Both the position numbers and the translations under genes were made by a program. Shown here in pieces: positions 40,021-47,657 of a DNA stretch of 56,466 nt (the stretch's first letter is position 1; the number at the start of each line of letters is the position of its first letter). The DNA lies in the NCBI GenBank assembly GCA_934541205.1, contig CAKTDK010000001.1, positions 1 through 56,466 of the forward strand, written 5' to 3'. Source of the DNA: an uncultured Eubacteriales bacterium (GTDB lineage: Bacteria > Bacillota > Clostridia > Oscillospirales > RGIG7773). A model generated the notes under the pieces. It did not search any database and was not told where the DNA came from. It saw nothing but the letters and a program-made list of their open reading frames with translations.

Positions 40021-40563
40021 ATGAAAGCTACAGGAATTGTAAGAAGAATAGACGATTTGGGCAGAGTAGTTATTCCAAAAGAAATAAGACGTACAATGCG
40101 GATTCGTGAAGGTGACCCGCTTGAAATATACACAGACAGAAACGGCGAGGTTATTTTTAAAAAATATTCACCTATCAGTGAGTTGTCATCTTTTGCAAAT
40201 CAAACTGCCATAGCCCTTAATAATTCTATAGGAAAGCCGATAATTATTTCTGATAAAGATACAATAGTAGCCGTTTCGGGAATTTCAAAAAAAGAACTTA
40301 TGGATAAAAGACTTTCTGATAATATGGATGAAATTATAAAATCAAATAAAGTTTTTCGCAACGTAAAGAATGAACAAAAGGTTTGTTTTGTTGACGGGCT
40401 TGATAAATACAACGCTAATCTTTGTATACCGATTTCTTATGAAGGAGATTCAATCGGAAGTATTTGTATAGCTTCAAAAGACGGTACTGAAGAAATTACT
40501 CCGGAAGATGAGAAACTTTGTACACTGGCGTCACAGATTCTTGCAAATCAAATGGAAGTATAA
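40021..40563 (+). CDS. spoVT: Stage V sporulation protein T (AbrB-family regulator with GAF domain)
   Basis: 180 aa. MKATGIVRRIDDLGRVVIPKEIRRTMRIREGDPLEIY is the SpoVT/AbrB swapped-hairpin N-terminus. Confidence 0.9.
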   Translation: MKATGIVRRIDDLGRVVIPKEIRRTMRIREGDPLEIYTDRNGEVIFKKYSPISELSSFANQTAIALNNSIGKPIIISDKDTIVAVSGISKKELMDKRLSDNMDEIIKSNKVFRNVKNEQKVCFVDGLDKYNANLCIPISYEGDSIGSICIASKDGTEEITPEDEKLCTLASQILANQMEV

Positions 40564-40566
40564 TAA

Positions 40567-40599
40567 AAAAACGGCAAAAATATTTTTGCCGTTTTTTTT
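40567..40599. terminator. Bidirectional terminator between convergent genes
   Basis: Palindrome aaaacggcaaaaata / tatttttgccgtttt with A and T runs. Confidence 0.75.
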
Positions 40600-40644
40600 A
40601 TTATCTGTCTTTTAAAATGTTTCAAAAACTTTATTCTTTTTATA

Positions 40645-41325
40645 TTATCTGTCTTTTAAAATATTTTTTAAAAAGCCGTAAGCATCTTCAAAAACTTTTT
40701 TTGCCTTTTCACTGTTTTCAACCTGTGTCCCTTTAAACTGACGCACTCCGATATAAAGTTTGTCATATTTTTGACGTTCTTCTTCACATTCGGAAGAAGT
40801 ATATTCTTTTATTTTTTCAGAAAGATTTAAATGCTTTAAAACCCCGGTGTCTTTAAGAAGTATCTTATCTGTTTCCGGCGTAACGGTACTGTCGATACTG
40901 TTTAAATCATCAAGAACATTATTGGCTTTTAAAATATTTGTATAAATAGGTTCGTCAAAAATATAAATAACATTATCGGCAAGATTTATTTCCGCCAAAA
41001 ACTTTGACTGTAAAGAATTTAACTGCTGAAGCGTAGTTTTAGCAGGCTTTATATTGATTTCCCGTATTTTAACATGAACTTTTCCGTTTTTATCAATATC
41101 CTCACAGTAATTTTCCAAAGCTTCGGAAAAAGCTTCTACAGACCCGTTTTTATAGTATGACTGCTGTGTTGCCATAATTACCGTAATATCAGCGGGAGGT
41201 TCACCGACAAAATCCTGTACTGAGATAATCAGCGTTATTAAAACCATAGCCCCTACTATAATCCACCACTTATAATAATACCAAGTATTTTCCCACCATT
41301 TTTTAAACTTTTCGGATCTGCTCAC
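40645..41325 (-). CDS. Membrane-anchored hypothetical protein
   Basis: 226 aa. GTG start after AGGAGGT, and an N-terminal TM (WWIIVGAMVLITLIISV). I recognise no family. Confidence 0.55.
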   Translation of the reverse strand: MSRSEKFKKWWENTWYYYKWWIIVGAMVLITLIISVQDFVGEPPADITVIMATQQSYYKNGSVEAFSEALENYCEDIDKNGKVHVKIREINIKPAKTTLQQLNSLQSKFLAEINLADNVIYIFDEPIYTNILKANNVLDDLNSIDSTVTPETDKILLKDTGVLKHLNLSEKIKEYTSSECEEERQKYDKLYIGVRQFKGTQVENSEKAKKVFEDAYGFLKNILKDR

Positions 41326-41539
41326 AGAAATTACCTCCTGAAAATCAGTTATTCGGCTTCATTGTCGGGAAAAGTTTTCCCAACAATTCGTACATCGTCA
41401 TATTCATTCAAATCCTTTGTTTTGCTTACTTTCCCGAACTTCATACTCATTCATATTACATCAGGAAAAAAGCAAAATTGTTGTCAATCTGCTGTCCTCG
41501 CAGAATTTTTGTTGTCAGGACTCACACCGAGAACCCTTC

Positions 41540-42772
41540 TCAAAAGATGTCCAACTTCGATAAGTTGTTAAATGATTCCTGCTTCTTCTGATCTGTAGCT
41601 TCAGCATAGATATCCATCGTCGTTTCAATGTTGCGATGTCCCATGATATCTTGGATCACTTTTAGATTTGTTTCGTGCTCACAGAGTCTGGTACAAAAAG
41701 TGTGTCTTAGATGGTGACAAGAAAAATCCGGAAGAATGACCGGCTCACGACGTTCTCTTTTTGCTTTCACAACCTCATCTGAATTGTGGCTGCAAACAAT
41801 GCGTTTTATGGTTCGATTTACGGACTGCGGGGTCTGGATTCCACCATAGCGATTGATGAATATAAATCCCTTCATACCATCAAGTTCTGTATCGAATATT
41901 CCAGACTCATCTTGTTCCTCGCGCACCATTTGAAATGCATCATAGACAACATCAAGCATCGGGATCGTGCGGATACCTGCTTCCGTTTTTGGCTTTGAAA
42001 TCTGCAAGGTGGATGTCCGGGAATTTCCTACCGGGTAGTAGACAACGCTATGGTTTATGCTGATCTTGCGATTATCAAAATCAAGGTCGTCCCATGTCAA
42101 TCCTAATACCTCGCCGATTCTGCCACCGGTACCGAGCAATACTGTAAATAGTGGCCACCAATGGTAATACACCGGATGGTTAGCAATATAATCCATAAAG
42201 GATCTCTGCTGCGGCTTTGTAAGAGCGTGCCGCACACCTCTTGCCTTGTCACTCTCTTTGCTGACTTCCTTCATCACGCCATCCGACGGATTCTTTCTGA
42301 TAACTTCATCTCGAACCGCCAGCTGAAAGGTTGGATGCAGCAAAGTATGTACCGAATCCAATGTACCCAATGACAAATCATCTACATTAAGCAGATGGAG
42401 GTAGAATTGAAGCACATCCGAATATTTTACCTCAGCAATTTTCTTCTTGCCAAAAGTGTCTCTGACAAAGCGATCATAGATATAGCTGTAATTACTACGG
42501 GTAGTCTCCCTTAACTTGCATTTGGTAGACATATATCTATCAAAGGTGTCGTTTAAGTTTGCTTTTCCCGCAACGTATATATCCAGCCCATCCAACTGAT
42601 CCTTTATCAGCTGCTTTTCTTTTTCTCTAAGTGTCGTCAGATCTTGTGCATATATAAACTTACGCCTTCCTAATGGGTCAGTGTAGGTATACATATATCG
42701 CTTGTCTGACGCTCTCTGTACCTCTCCCTTTCTAAGCGCTCTACCACGCTCGTCTTTTCGTGCCTTTGCCAT
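41540..42772 (-). CDS. int: Tyrosine integrase, Tn916 Int family
   Basis: The N-terminal arm-binding domain pattern KDERGRALRKGEVQRASDKRYMYTYTDPLGRRKFIY resembles Int-Tn. Catalytic HHLRHTFCTRL, GHRNIETTMDIY. ATG at 42772 follows GAAGGAGGT. Confidence 0.9.
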   Translation of the reverse strand: MAKARKDERGRALRKGEVQRASDKRYMYTYTDPLGRRKFIYAQDLTTLREKEKQLIKDQLDGLDIYVAGKANLNDTFDRYMSTKCKLRETTRSNYSYIYDRFVRDTFGKKKIAEVKYSDVLQFYLHLLNVDDLSLGTLDSVHTLLHPTFQLAVRDEVIRKNPSDGVMKEVSKESDKARGVRHALTKPQQRSFMDYIANHPVYYHWWPLFTVLLGTGGRIGEVLGLTWDDLDFDNRKISINHSVVYYPVGNSRTSTLQISKPKTEAGIRTIPMLDVVYDAFQMVREEQDESGIFDTELDGMKGFIFINRYGGIQTPQSVNRTIKRIVCSHNSDEVVKAKRERREPVILPDFSCHHLRHTFCTRLCEHETNLKVIQDIMGHRNIETTMDIYAEATDQKKQESFNNLSKLDIF

Positions 42773-42817
42773 ACTGATTACCTCCTTCAATATATATTGA
42801 AAAGGGGCTCACAGCAC

Positions 42818-42988
42818 TTACTTCTTTTTGGACAAATACTCTTCCAAACTTCGCAAGGCAACTTCTGTCATTGACATATTATGTTTGATGGCATACTCAT
42901 TTAACTTCTTATGGGTTTCATCCGACATACGGATTGTTATGGTTGCTCTTTTTGCATTATCCTTCTTCGGTCGTCCCATTCGTGTCAT
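42818..42988 (-). CDS. Small ribbon-helix-helix (CopG/Arc-like) DNA-binding protein, not in the ORF track (56 aa)
   Basis: Manual translation gives MTRMGRPKKDNAKRATITIRMSDETHKKLNEYAIKHNMSMTEVALRSLEEYLSKKK. GGAGGT lies 6 nt upstream. The beta-strand TITIRMSDE followed by two helices is the RHH pattern. Confidence 0.6.
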   Translation of the reverse strand: MTRMGRPKKDNAKRATITIRMSDETHKKLNEYAIKHNMSMTEVALRSLEEYLSKKK

Positions 42989-43012
42989 ATGCTACCTCCA
43001 AACACTGTGTAT

Positions 43013-43041
43013 ATTATACTTATTGTAAGACAGAAAGTCAA
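43013..43041 (-). promoter_or_regulatory. Near-consensus sigma-A promoter for the RHH-int unit
   Basis: On the minus strand: TTGACT (43041-43036), 17 nt, TATAAT (43018-43013), ~25 nt upstream of the RHH start. Confidence 0.6.
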
Positions 43042-43095
43042 TACCTCGTGCGCTCTTCGTCCCCATATTATTCGGAAATTCATATTACTAACCCT

Positions 43096-43305
43096 TCAGC
43101 ATTCACGGAATGTCTCAAGAAACTTCTCGAAAATCTCGCAGTTGACCAGTGCTATTCCGTCAATTTTATAAACCGCCTTGGCTTCTTTTGCCAGTGCCTG
43201 AAACTTTGTCAATCCAAGACTGTACTTTTCGGCTCCTTCTTTATACCTGACAAATTTCTTTGCATATTGTTTTGTCTTCTCAGCATCTTTTCGTTGATAT
43301 CCCAT
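43096..43305 (-). CDS. xis: Excisionase-like small DNA-binding protein (Xis-Tn916-like position and layout)
   Basis: 69 aa with an AGGAGG RBS. KYSLGLTKFQALAKEAKAVYKIDGIALVNCEIFEKFLETF parallels the HTH and C-terminal layout of Tn916 Xis (from memory). Confidence 0.45.
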   Translation of the reverse strand: MGYQRKDAEKTKQYAKKFVRYKEGAEKYSLGLTKFQALAKEAKAVYKIDGIALVNCEIFEKFLETFREC

Positions 43306-43327
43306 TATTCGGTTCCTCCTTTATCTT

Positions 43328-43349
43328 AAAAATCAGCGAACATCGCTAA
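43328..43349 (-). terminator. Intrinsic terminator immediately upstream of the xis RBS
   Basis: Minus-strand RNA UUAGCGA-UGU-UCGCUGA followed by UUUUU. It ends 8 nt before AGGAGG. Confidence 0.55.
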
Positions 43350-43391
43350 CGATATTAATTTCTTCCTTATACAAATATATGTCCTTACACT

Positions 43392-43545
43392 CTGCCTGCA
43401 GCGAACAGGTCCATAGGAATTTCACCTTCCCGCCTTCATTATGGCCGGACCGCGAGTTACGGATGTCTCATTATCCCCGGATGAATCATCGCGTTATGTA
43501 GGAGCCACCTACATATCAGTGCTCATGGACCTGCGTGCCAGGCAG
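43392..43545 (-). ncRNA. Candidate structured cis-regulatory leader RNA (unclassified)
   Basis: Nested long-range complementarity: 43539-43545 pairs with 43392-43398 (7 bp) and 43525-43533 pairs with 43406-43414 (9 bp). These enclose hairpin 43496-43514 (7-8 bp) and further GC-rich segments. The region has no ORF and lies between two terminators. Confidence 0.35.
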
Positions 43546-43692
43546 TTGGATAGCCGCTTCGCATTCCGGGACCGTAGAGGTAAAGACTATTCAATTGTCA
43601 AGGTGCGATAAAACATAGGGATGCTTTCATAAGGTAAAAACACAAAAAAATCTCAAAATATAATCACTTCCCGAAAAAATCAAAAATTATAG

Positions 43693-43720
43693 AAAAAGCT
43701 CCGGATGTTCAGTCCGGAGC
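43693..43720 (-). terminator. Rho-independent terminator after the sigma/ORF8 pair
   Basis: gctccgga tgttcag tccggagc with a T-run on the minus strand, 8 nt after the ORF8-like stop. Confidence 0.7.
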
Positions 43721-43727
43721 CTTGCCG

Positions 43728-43919
43728 CTATATTATGAACTTGCTGATATTGAGAGCCAGATGCATCAGAAGATACTGCTTCAGATCGTCATCATGCTTA
43801 CCGTTTATAAAACAATGCTTGTCTATCAGAGGATCATAAAGGGTAATCAATTTCTCAAAGTCATTATGATTGCCTGCAATAGCGCCTTGTAATACAATCT
43901 GAAATTCGGTTTTATCCAT
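43728..43919 (-). CDS. Small Tn916 ORF8-like protein, translationally coupled to the sigma gene
   Basis: ATG at 43919 is preceded by GGAGGGTGGTGA and overlaps the sigma stop (ATGGATAA). 63 aa. The assignment rests on position and size. Confidence 0.5.
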   Translation of the reverse strand: MDKTEFQIVLQGAIAGNHNDFEKLITLYDPLIDKHCFINGKHDDDLKQYLLMHLALNISKFII

Positions 43920-44325
43920 CGATATCACCACCCTCCACGATTGTCTTGCGTAAATACTTCAAGCCCTTTTGCTTCTGGTTTGAAACATATTGCGCTGAAC
44001 AATTCAGTATTTTGGCGATATCCCGTGGCTTCATTTCATCCACGAAAAGCAGCTTAAGTATCTGTTGCCTCATCAGCGGCAACTCTGAAAACGCTTTTGC
44101 AAGGCGATCTTCCGTAAACCCAAAAGGGTCATCAGAGAATAGCGTCTGCATATAAGCGTCCTCAGTTGCCGGCAACTGATCCTCATCAAGCGAATCCAAC
44201 GATTCGTGGGGTTCTTCACATTCTCGCTCTAAGTAATTGAGCTTAGCACGTTTTAATAACGTATCGAGCCACGCGGTAAATCTTGCGCGGAGCTCATCTC
44301 GATCAGCGTTTTGTCGGTAGTCCAA
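43912..44325 (-). CDS. Small sigma-70 family protein (region 4 only; Tn916 ORF7-like)
   Basis: C-terminal LPLMRQQILKLLFVDEMKPRDIAKILNCSAQYVSNQKQKGLKYLR is a sigma region 4 HTH. TTG at 44325 lies 7 nt after AAAGGAGG; the track ORF runs to 44352. Confidence 0.75.
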   Translation of the reverse strand: MDYRQNADRDELRARFTAWLDTLLKRAKLNYLERECEEPHESLDSLDEDQLPATEDAYMQTLFSDDPFGFTEDRLAKAFSELPLMRQQILKLLFVDEMKPRDIAKILNCSAQYVSNQKQKGLKYLRKTIVEGGDIDG

Positions 44326-44527
44326 ACATATGCCTCCTTTGGGGCATACCACCGAGCAAAACTATATTTACAACATGCCACAGTGGCATGCCGTGAAATT
44401 ATATTCTGTGTTCGTACAGTTGGGTCCACAGCAATCAGAACATTGGAATCACCTCCTTCCCGTAAGAAAAACAAAAAGCGACCCAACCATAAATGAATAT
44501 GGCAAGGCCGCTTAATCTGGCGTGCAT

Positions 44528-44551
44528 ATAAAACCGGCGGACAAAAGCCGG
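44528..44551 (-). terminator. Small terminator hairpin
   Basis: ccggc / gccgg stem with a T-run on the minus strand, after the decayed gene. Confidence 0.45.
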
Positions 44552-44589
44552 TCAATAGCATTTCTATTCTATTATTTGTTCTTTTCTTC

Positions 44590-44983
44590 TTAGTTAATTC
44601 TCCTCATCATATGCTTCTCCGTTTTACTTCTTTGCAAAGCGTTCCATTGCGTCCAGGTAACTGCTGAAGCTTTCACACACGAGGATGCGCTGTGAGACAT
44701 CGTATTTATCAATTCTCTCAGCAATTTCGCGCAGATAGATAATTTCCGGGTTATTGTAGTATCGACTGGCGCCGCACCATTGATAAATTTATCGATGATG
44801 CAGATGATGACGTTGTCTTTGTTGGCATCGATTATCACATTTAAGGAGGTGTCAGTATGATTTATAACGTTGTTGGTCAAGAATTTATCTATGAAGGTGT
44901 ACCCTGACCTTATCAGACATATCTCCAGCAATCACCTCAGCATAGGCAAAAATGAGCGTTAGAGAGTAATCACAGCCTTTCAT
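44590..44983 (-). pseudogene. Decayed gene of unknown family (at least 2 frameshifts)
   Basis: Three frames read in series. First MKGCDYSLTLIFAYAEVIAGDMSDKVRV. Then YTFIDKFLTNNVINHTDTSLNVIIDANKDNVIICIIDKFINGAAPVDTT. Then PEIIYLREIAERIDKYDVSQRILVCESFSSYLDAMERFAKK(stop). The 113-aa track ORF covers only the middle frame. Confidence 0.4.
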
Positions 44984-44984
44984 A

Positions 44985-45335
44985 TCAACCAACCGTAACA
45001 CATCCTTCCCGAATGAGCTCCGGAGGCGAAAAGGTCAAATGATCATAGTCGTCTACAAACTCCATAATCGTGATTTTGATATCCTGTTCGCACTTTGACT
45101 CATAATATACGCCTATGTCGGTGATTTTCATGTCACGTAGTTCTTCAATCCGACCATTGGCATAATCTTCATCAAAGTACACGCCCTTATACCTGGCCGA
45201 AAAGCCAGAAGGTGTACGTTCGATATCGCTATAATCCCAGTTTAGCGAAACTTCTTCTCCGGATTTCAAAAGCACCTCGATATAATCGATGTACAAATCC
45301 GGTATGGATGTTTCGGCTGTCAGATACAATCGCAT
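44985..45335 (-). CDS. Hypothetical protein (116 aa)
   Basis: Clean ORF, tightly packed behind the upstream small membrane protein gene. No family recognised. Confidence 0.55.
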   Translation of the reverse strand: MRLYLTAETSIPDLYIDYIEVLLKSGEEVSLNWDYSDIERTPSGFSARYKGVYFDEDYANGRIEELRDMKITDIGVYYESKCEQDIKITIMEFVDDYDHLTFSPPELIREGCVTVG

Positions 45336-45347
45336 GCCGACACCTCC

Positions 45348-45605
45348 TTAAAATGGGTCTTCTTCATCTGCATCGTGCATTCCTTCGATTGGTATCTCCT
45401 CGTAATACCAGGAATACTCCTCGATAAACTCTCTTATTTCAAACAGGCAGAAAGCAATGAAAAGGCACAGAAAGAACAGACTGCTGACACTCTCAAAGAG
45501 GAGTCCAAGCTGCAGGGCCAGTACAATGTTGGATATCCCAACGGGGATAATGATTACTGCCATAATGATCATGGCAACGGTTAAAATGAATAATATTTTT
45601 CTCAT
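45348..45605 (-). CDS. Small two-TM membrane protein with an acidic tail
   Basis: MRKILFILTVAMIIMAVIIIPVG... followed by ...EEIPIEGMHDADEEDPF. ATG at 45605 with an AAGGAG RBS; the track ORF uses GTG 45617. Confidence 0.5.
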   Translation of the reverse strand: MRKILFILTVAMIIMAVIIIPVGISNIVLALQLGLLFESVSSLFFLCLFIAFCLFEIREFIEEYSWYYEEIPIEGMHDADEEDPF

Positions 45606-45992
45606 AGCGAGATACACTCCTTTTCTGTTTTGTTATATAGTAACGGCAAGCCCTGAGGCTCCCCGATAAAAAAGGTTGGGGGAACCTTTCGGCTCCGATC
45701 TATATAAAAAAAGCACCCAATGATTGCAATTGCTTGCATTCAATGAGTGCTCTTGTTGCCATAACCGGCCATGATTCAATTGTAAAGAGAAGGGATAGCC
45801 CCTTCAGTTTCCGATACTTGTGCTTCTTACTGGAAGAAAGCATAAGAAAACAAAAAGTGCCCGAAAGATAATTTCTCAGGCACTGTGAAAACTCTGATAA
45901 CTGTTACTGCCGATAGGCAATATCTGATACTAACATAAATATTACAGCAGAAGAATCCGCAAAATGCAAGATGTTTGAAGAATTTGCAATCT

Positions 45993-46770
45993 CTATACCT
46001 CAACAAGGATGGCGTGCAAGACAAATCTCGCGTTATCGAATTCATAGCTGCAGGTAGACAAAGAAAGAATCCTATCGGTGACTGCGGGAGAAAGGGGGCT
46101 TTCAAACCACGAGCGCTGCTTTGCTTCCTTAATCCAAGTTTCAAATTCTTCGTCAGACTCAAATCCAATTTTCCAGGCAGAATCCTCAACGCTGACAACA
46201 TAGCCGGCAAAAAAACTCTATCCGGTAAGTTTGTTCCGGTGTAATGAGCAATCCTGCAGGATGAGCTTCGTAATAATCCTGCTTCTTATACTTGGTTAAA
46301 CCCGAAAACATTGTGCCGTCTTTCATGTGATGACCATATATAATGCTATGTCGGTCTGATATATCGCTATCTACTCTGGAATCTAAAAAGATGCAGCCGG
46401 CGCTGTTCCATTTACCGTCAATGAGGTGCTTGAGATAATAACTGTTATCCGAGCCCTGCACAACAGGATAATTGATTGCAGTATCCTCGATATAAATCCA
46501 AGCCACACAATCCTCATTGATTTCCTCAAGTCCGGCAAAGTCGATTGTAGGACCGACAGGTGCAGGTTCTGTTTCTCCAGACTCAGATAGATTTGTCTCA
46601 TCCGGTTCCTCTTCCGGTAGGACCTCAGGAAATGAGATGAGATTTTCTAAGTCAGTATAGGTATCGGCACTTTCCTGCCTCTCTGTATACTCCCGGAAAA
46701 TCTGATATCCAGCGAAGGCAGCTGAAGAAGCCAAAAATAAAGCCAGTATGACACAAATAATCTTTCTCAT
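45993..46770 (-). pseudogene. srtB: Class B sortase interrupted by a +1 frameshift in an A7/T7 run
   Basis: The track ORF 46186-46770 ends ...TPEQTYRIEFFCRLCCQR(stop). Removing one base of the run at 46209-46215 gives ...RIEFFAGYVVSVEDSAWKIGFESDEEFETWIKEAKQRSWFESPLSPAVTDRILSLSTCSYEFDNARFVLHAILVEV(stop at 45993-45995). That restores the catalytic TC and Arg. IYGHHM is upstream of the shift. Confidence 0.8.
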
Positions 46771-47609
46771 AGTTTGTTCGCCTTTTCTTTCATCTGCCGA
46801 GCCGATGGGTTACTGTAAATGAGTGTAGTTTGGACATTGCTATGACCAGCTTGATTTGCAACCTCGTGGATCTTATAGTCTCCGGTGTCGAGCGCATGGC
46901 TACAGAAATAGTGACGCAGCATCTTGGGTGTGATAATATCAGAATACTGGTTAAAGATCTGATTGATACGGGATGCTGCCATCTTCTCGGACTGGCGGCT
47001 CACAAACAAATACGGACTGTCTGAGTTTCTCACCTTCAGGTACTCACGGATTGCATGTACGGTTTTATCGTTCAAATAAACTGTCCTTTGTTTATCTCCT
47101 TTACCGACAACGTAGATTTCTTTTGCGATTAGATTTATCTGGTCAAGTCGAAGATTAACACACTCCGATCTACGAATGCCGGTATAAGTATAGAGAGTCA
47201 CAATGGCGAAGTCTCGCTTATTACCACCCTCAAGCAGACGTTGCCTGAATGCTTCTACATCCTTCTGCTCGACAGTACAGGGATTGGCATACTGGGTTTG
47301 AATTTTCATAAAATCATTCTTTACGATCGCCAGTTCTGTCTGACGACCGGAGAAGATCAGGAACTCATTAAAACTTCTCAAGGAAGACAAATGGTTATTT
47401 ACAGACTTGGGACTGTATCGCTTAATTGTCTTCATGTATGAAATGTAATCAAGCACATTCGCACGGTACAACTGCTGCGGTTCACTTCCGAAGCTATCCA
47501 GGCACCATTTGAAGTAAAGCTTAACCTTGTCACAATAGTTCAGCGCCGTGTTCTCAGACTTACCTATACCGAGCAAATATTGTTTGAATTCATTTAACAT
47601 CGAATTCAC
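46767..47609 (-). CDS. XerC/XerD-like tyrosine recombinase (no arm-binding domain)
   Basis: 280 aa. SAM-like N-domain, then GIRRSE, GKGDKQR, LRHYFCSH and GHSNVQTTLIY, giving R..K..HxxR..H..Y. TAGGAGGTGA RBS. Its stop overlaps the sortase start (ATGA). Confidence 0.85.
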   Translation of the reverse strand: MNSMLNEFKQYLLGIGKSENTALNYCDKVKLYFKWCLDSFGSEPQQLYRANVLDYISYMKTIKRYSPKSVNNHLSSLRSFNEFLIFSGRQTELAIVKNDFMKIQTQYANPCTVEQKDVEAFRQRLLEGGNKRDFAIVTLYTYTGIRRSECVNLRLDQINLIAKEIYVVGKGDKQRTVYLNDKTVHAIREYLKVRNSDSPYLFVSRQSEKMAASRINQIFNQYSDIITPKMLRHYFCSHALDTGDYKIHEVANQAGHSNVQTTLIYSNPSARQMKEKANKL

Positions 47610-47657
47610 CTCCTACCCTTATTACACGAGACAAGGGGCAGGGATACAACAAAAAGA

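Noticed and set aside
40600-40680. Short duplication of the 3' end of gene 40645-41325: ttatctgtcttttaaaat occurs at 40600 and 40645, and aaagtttttgaa is also shared
   Set aside because: It is real but tiny (~35 bp with an internal deletion) and lies in a terminator region. It is probably a slippage relic without functional implication.
43392-43440. Cobalamin riboswitch, suggested by GGGAAGGTGAAATTCC in the leader
   Set aside because: The CACTG-like element lies 5' rather than 3' of this motif, and the other conserved B12 features are missing. The order is incompatible with the class. T-box, hammerhead and twister motifs also failed on inspection.
44253-44561. ORFs 44253-44561 (-), 44311-44496 (+) and 44330-44515 (+)
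   Set aside because: They span the sigma upstream regulatory region and its start, have no RBS and overlap one another.
45827-46244. ORFs 45827-46210 (-) and 45975-46244 (+)
   Set aside because: They overlap the frameshifted 3' part of the sortase gene, whose repaired frame gives canonical SrtB sequence.
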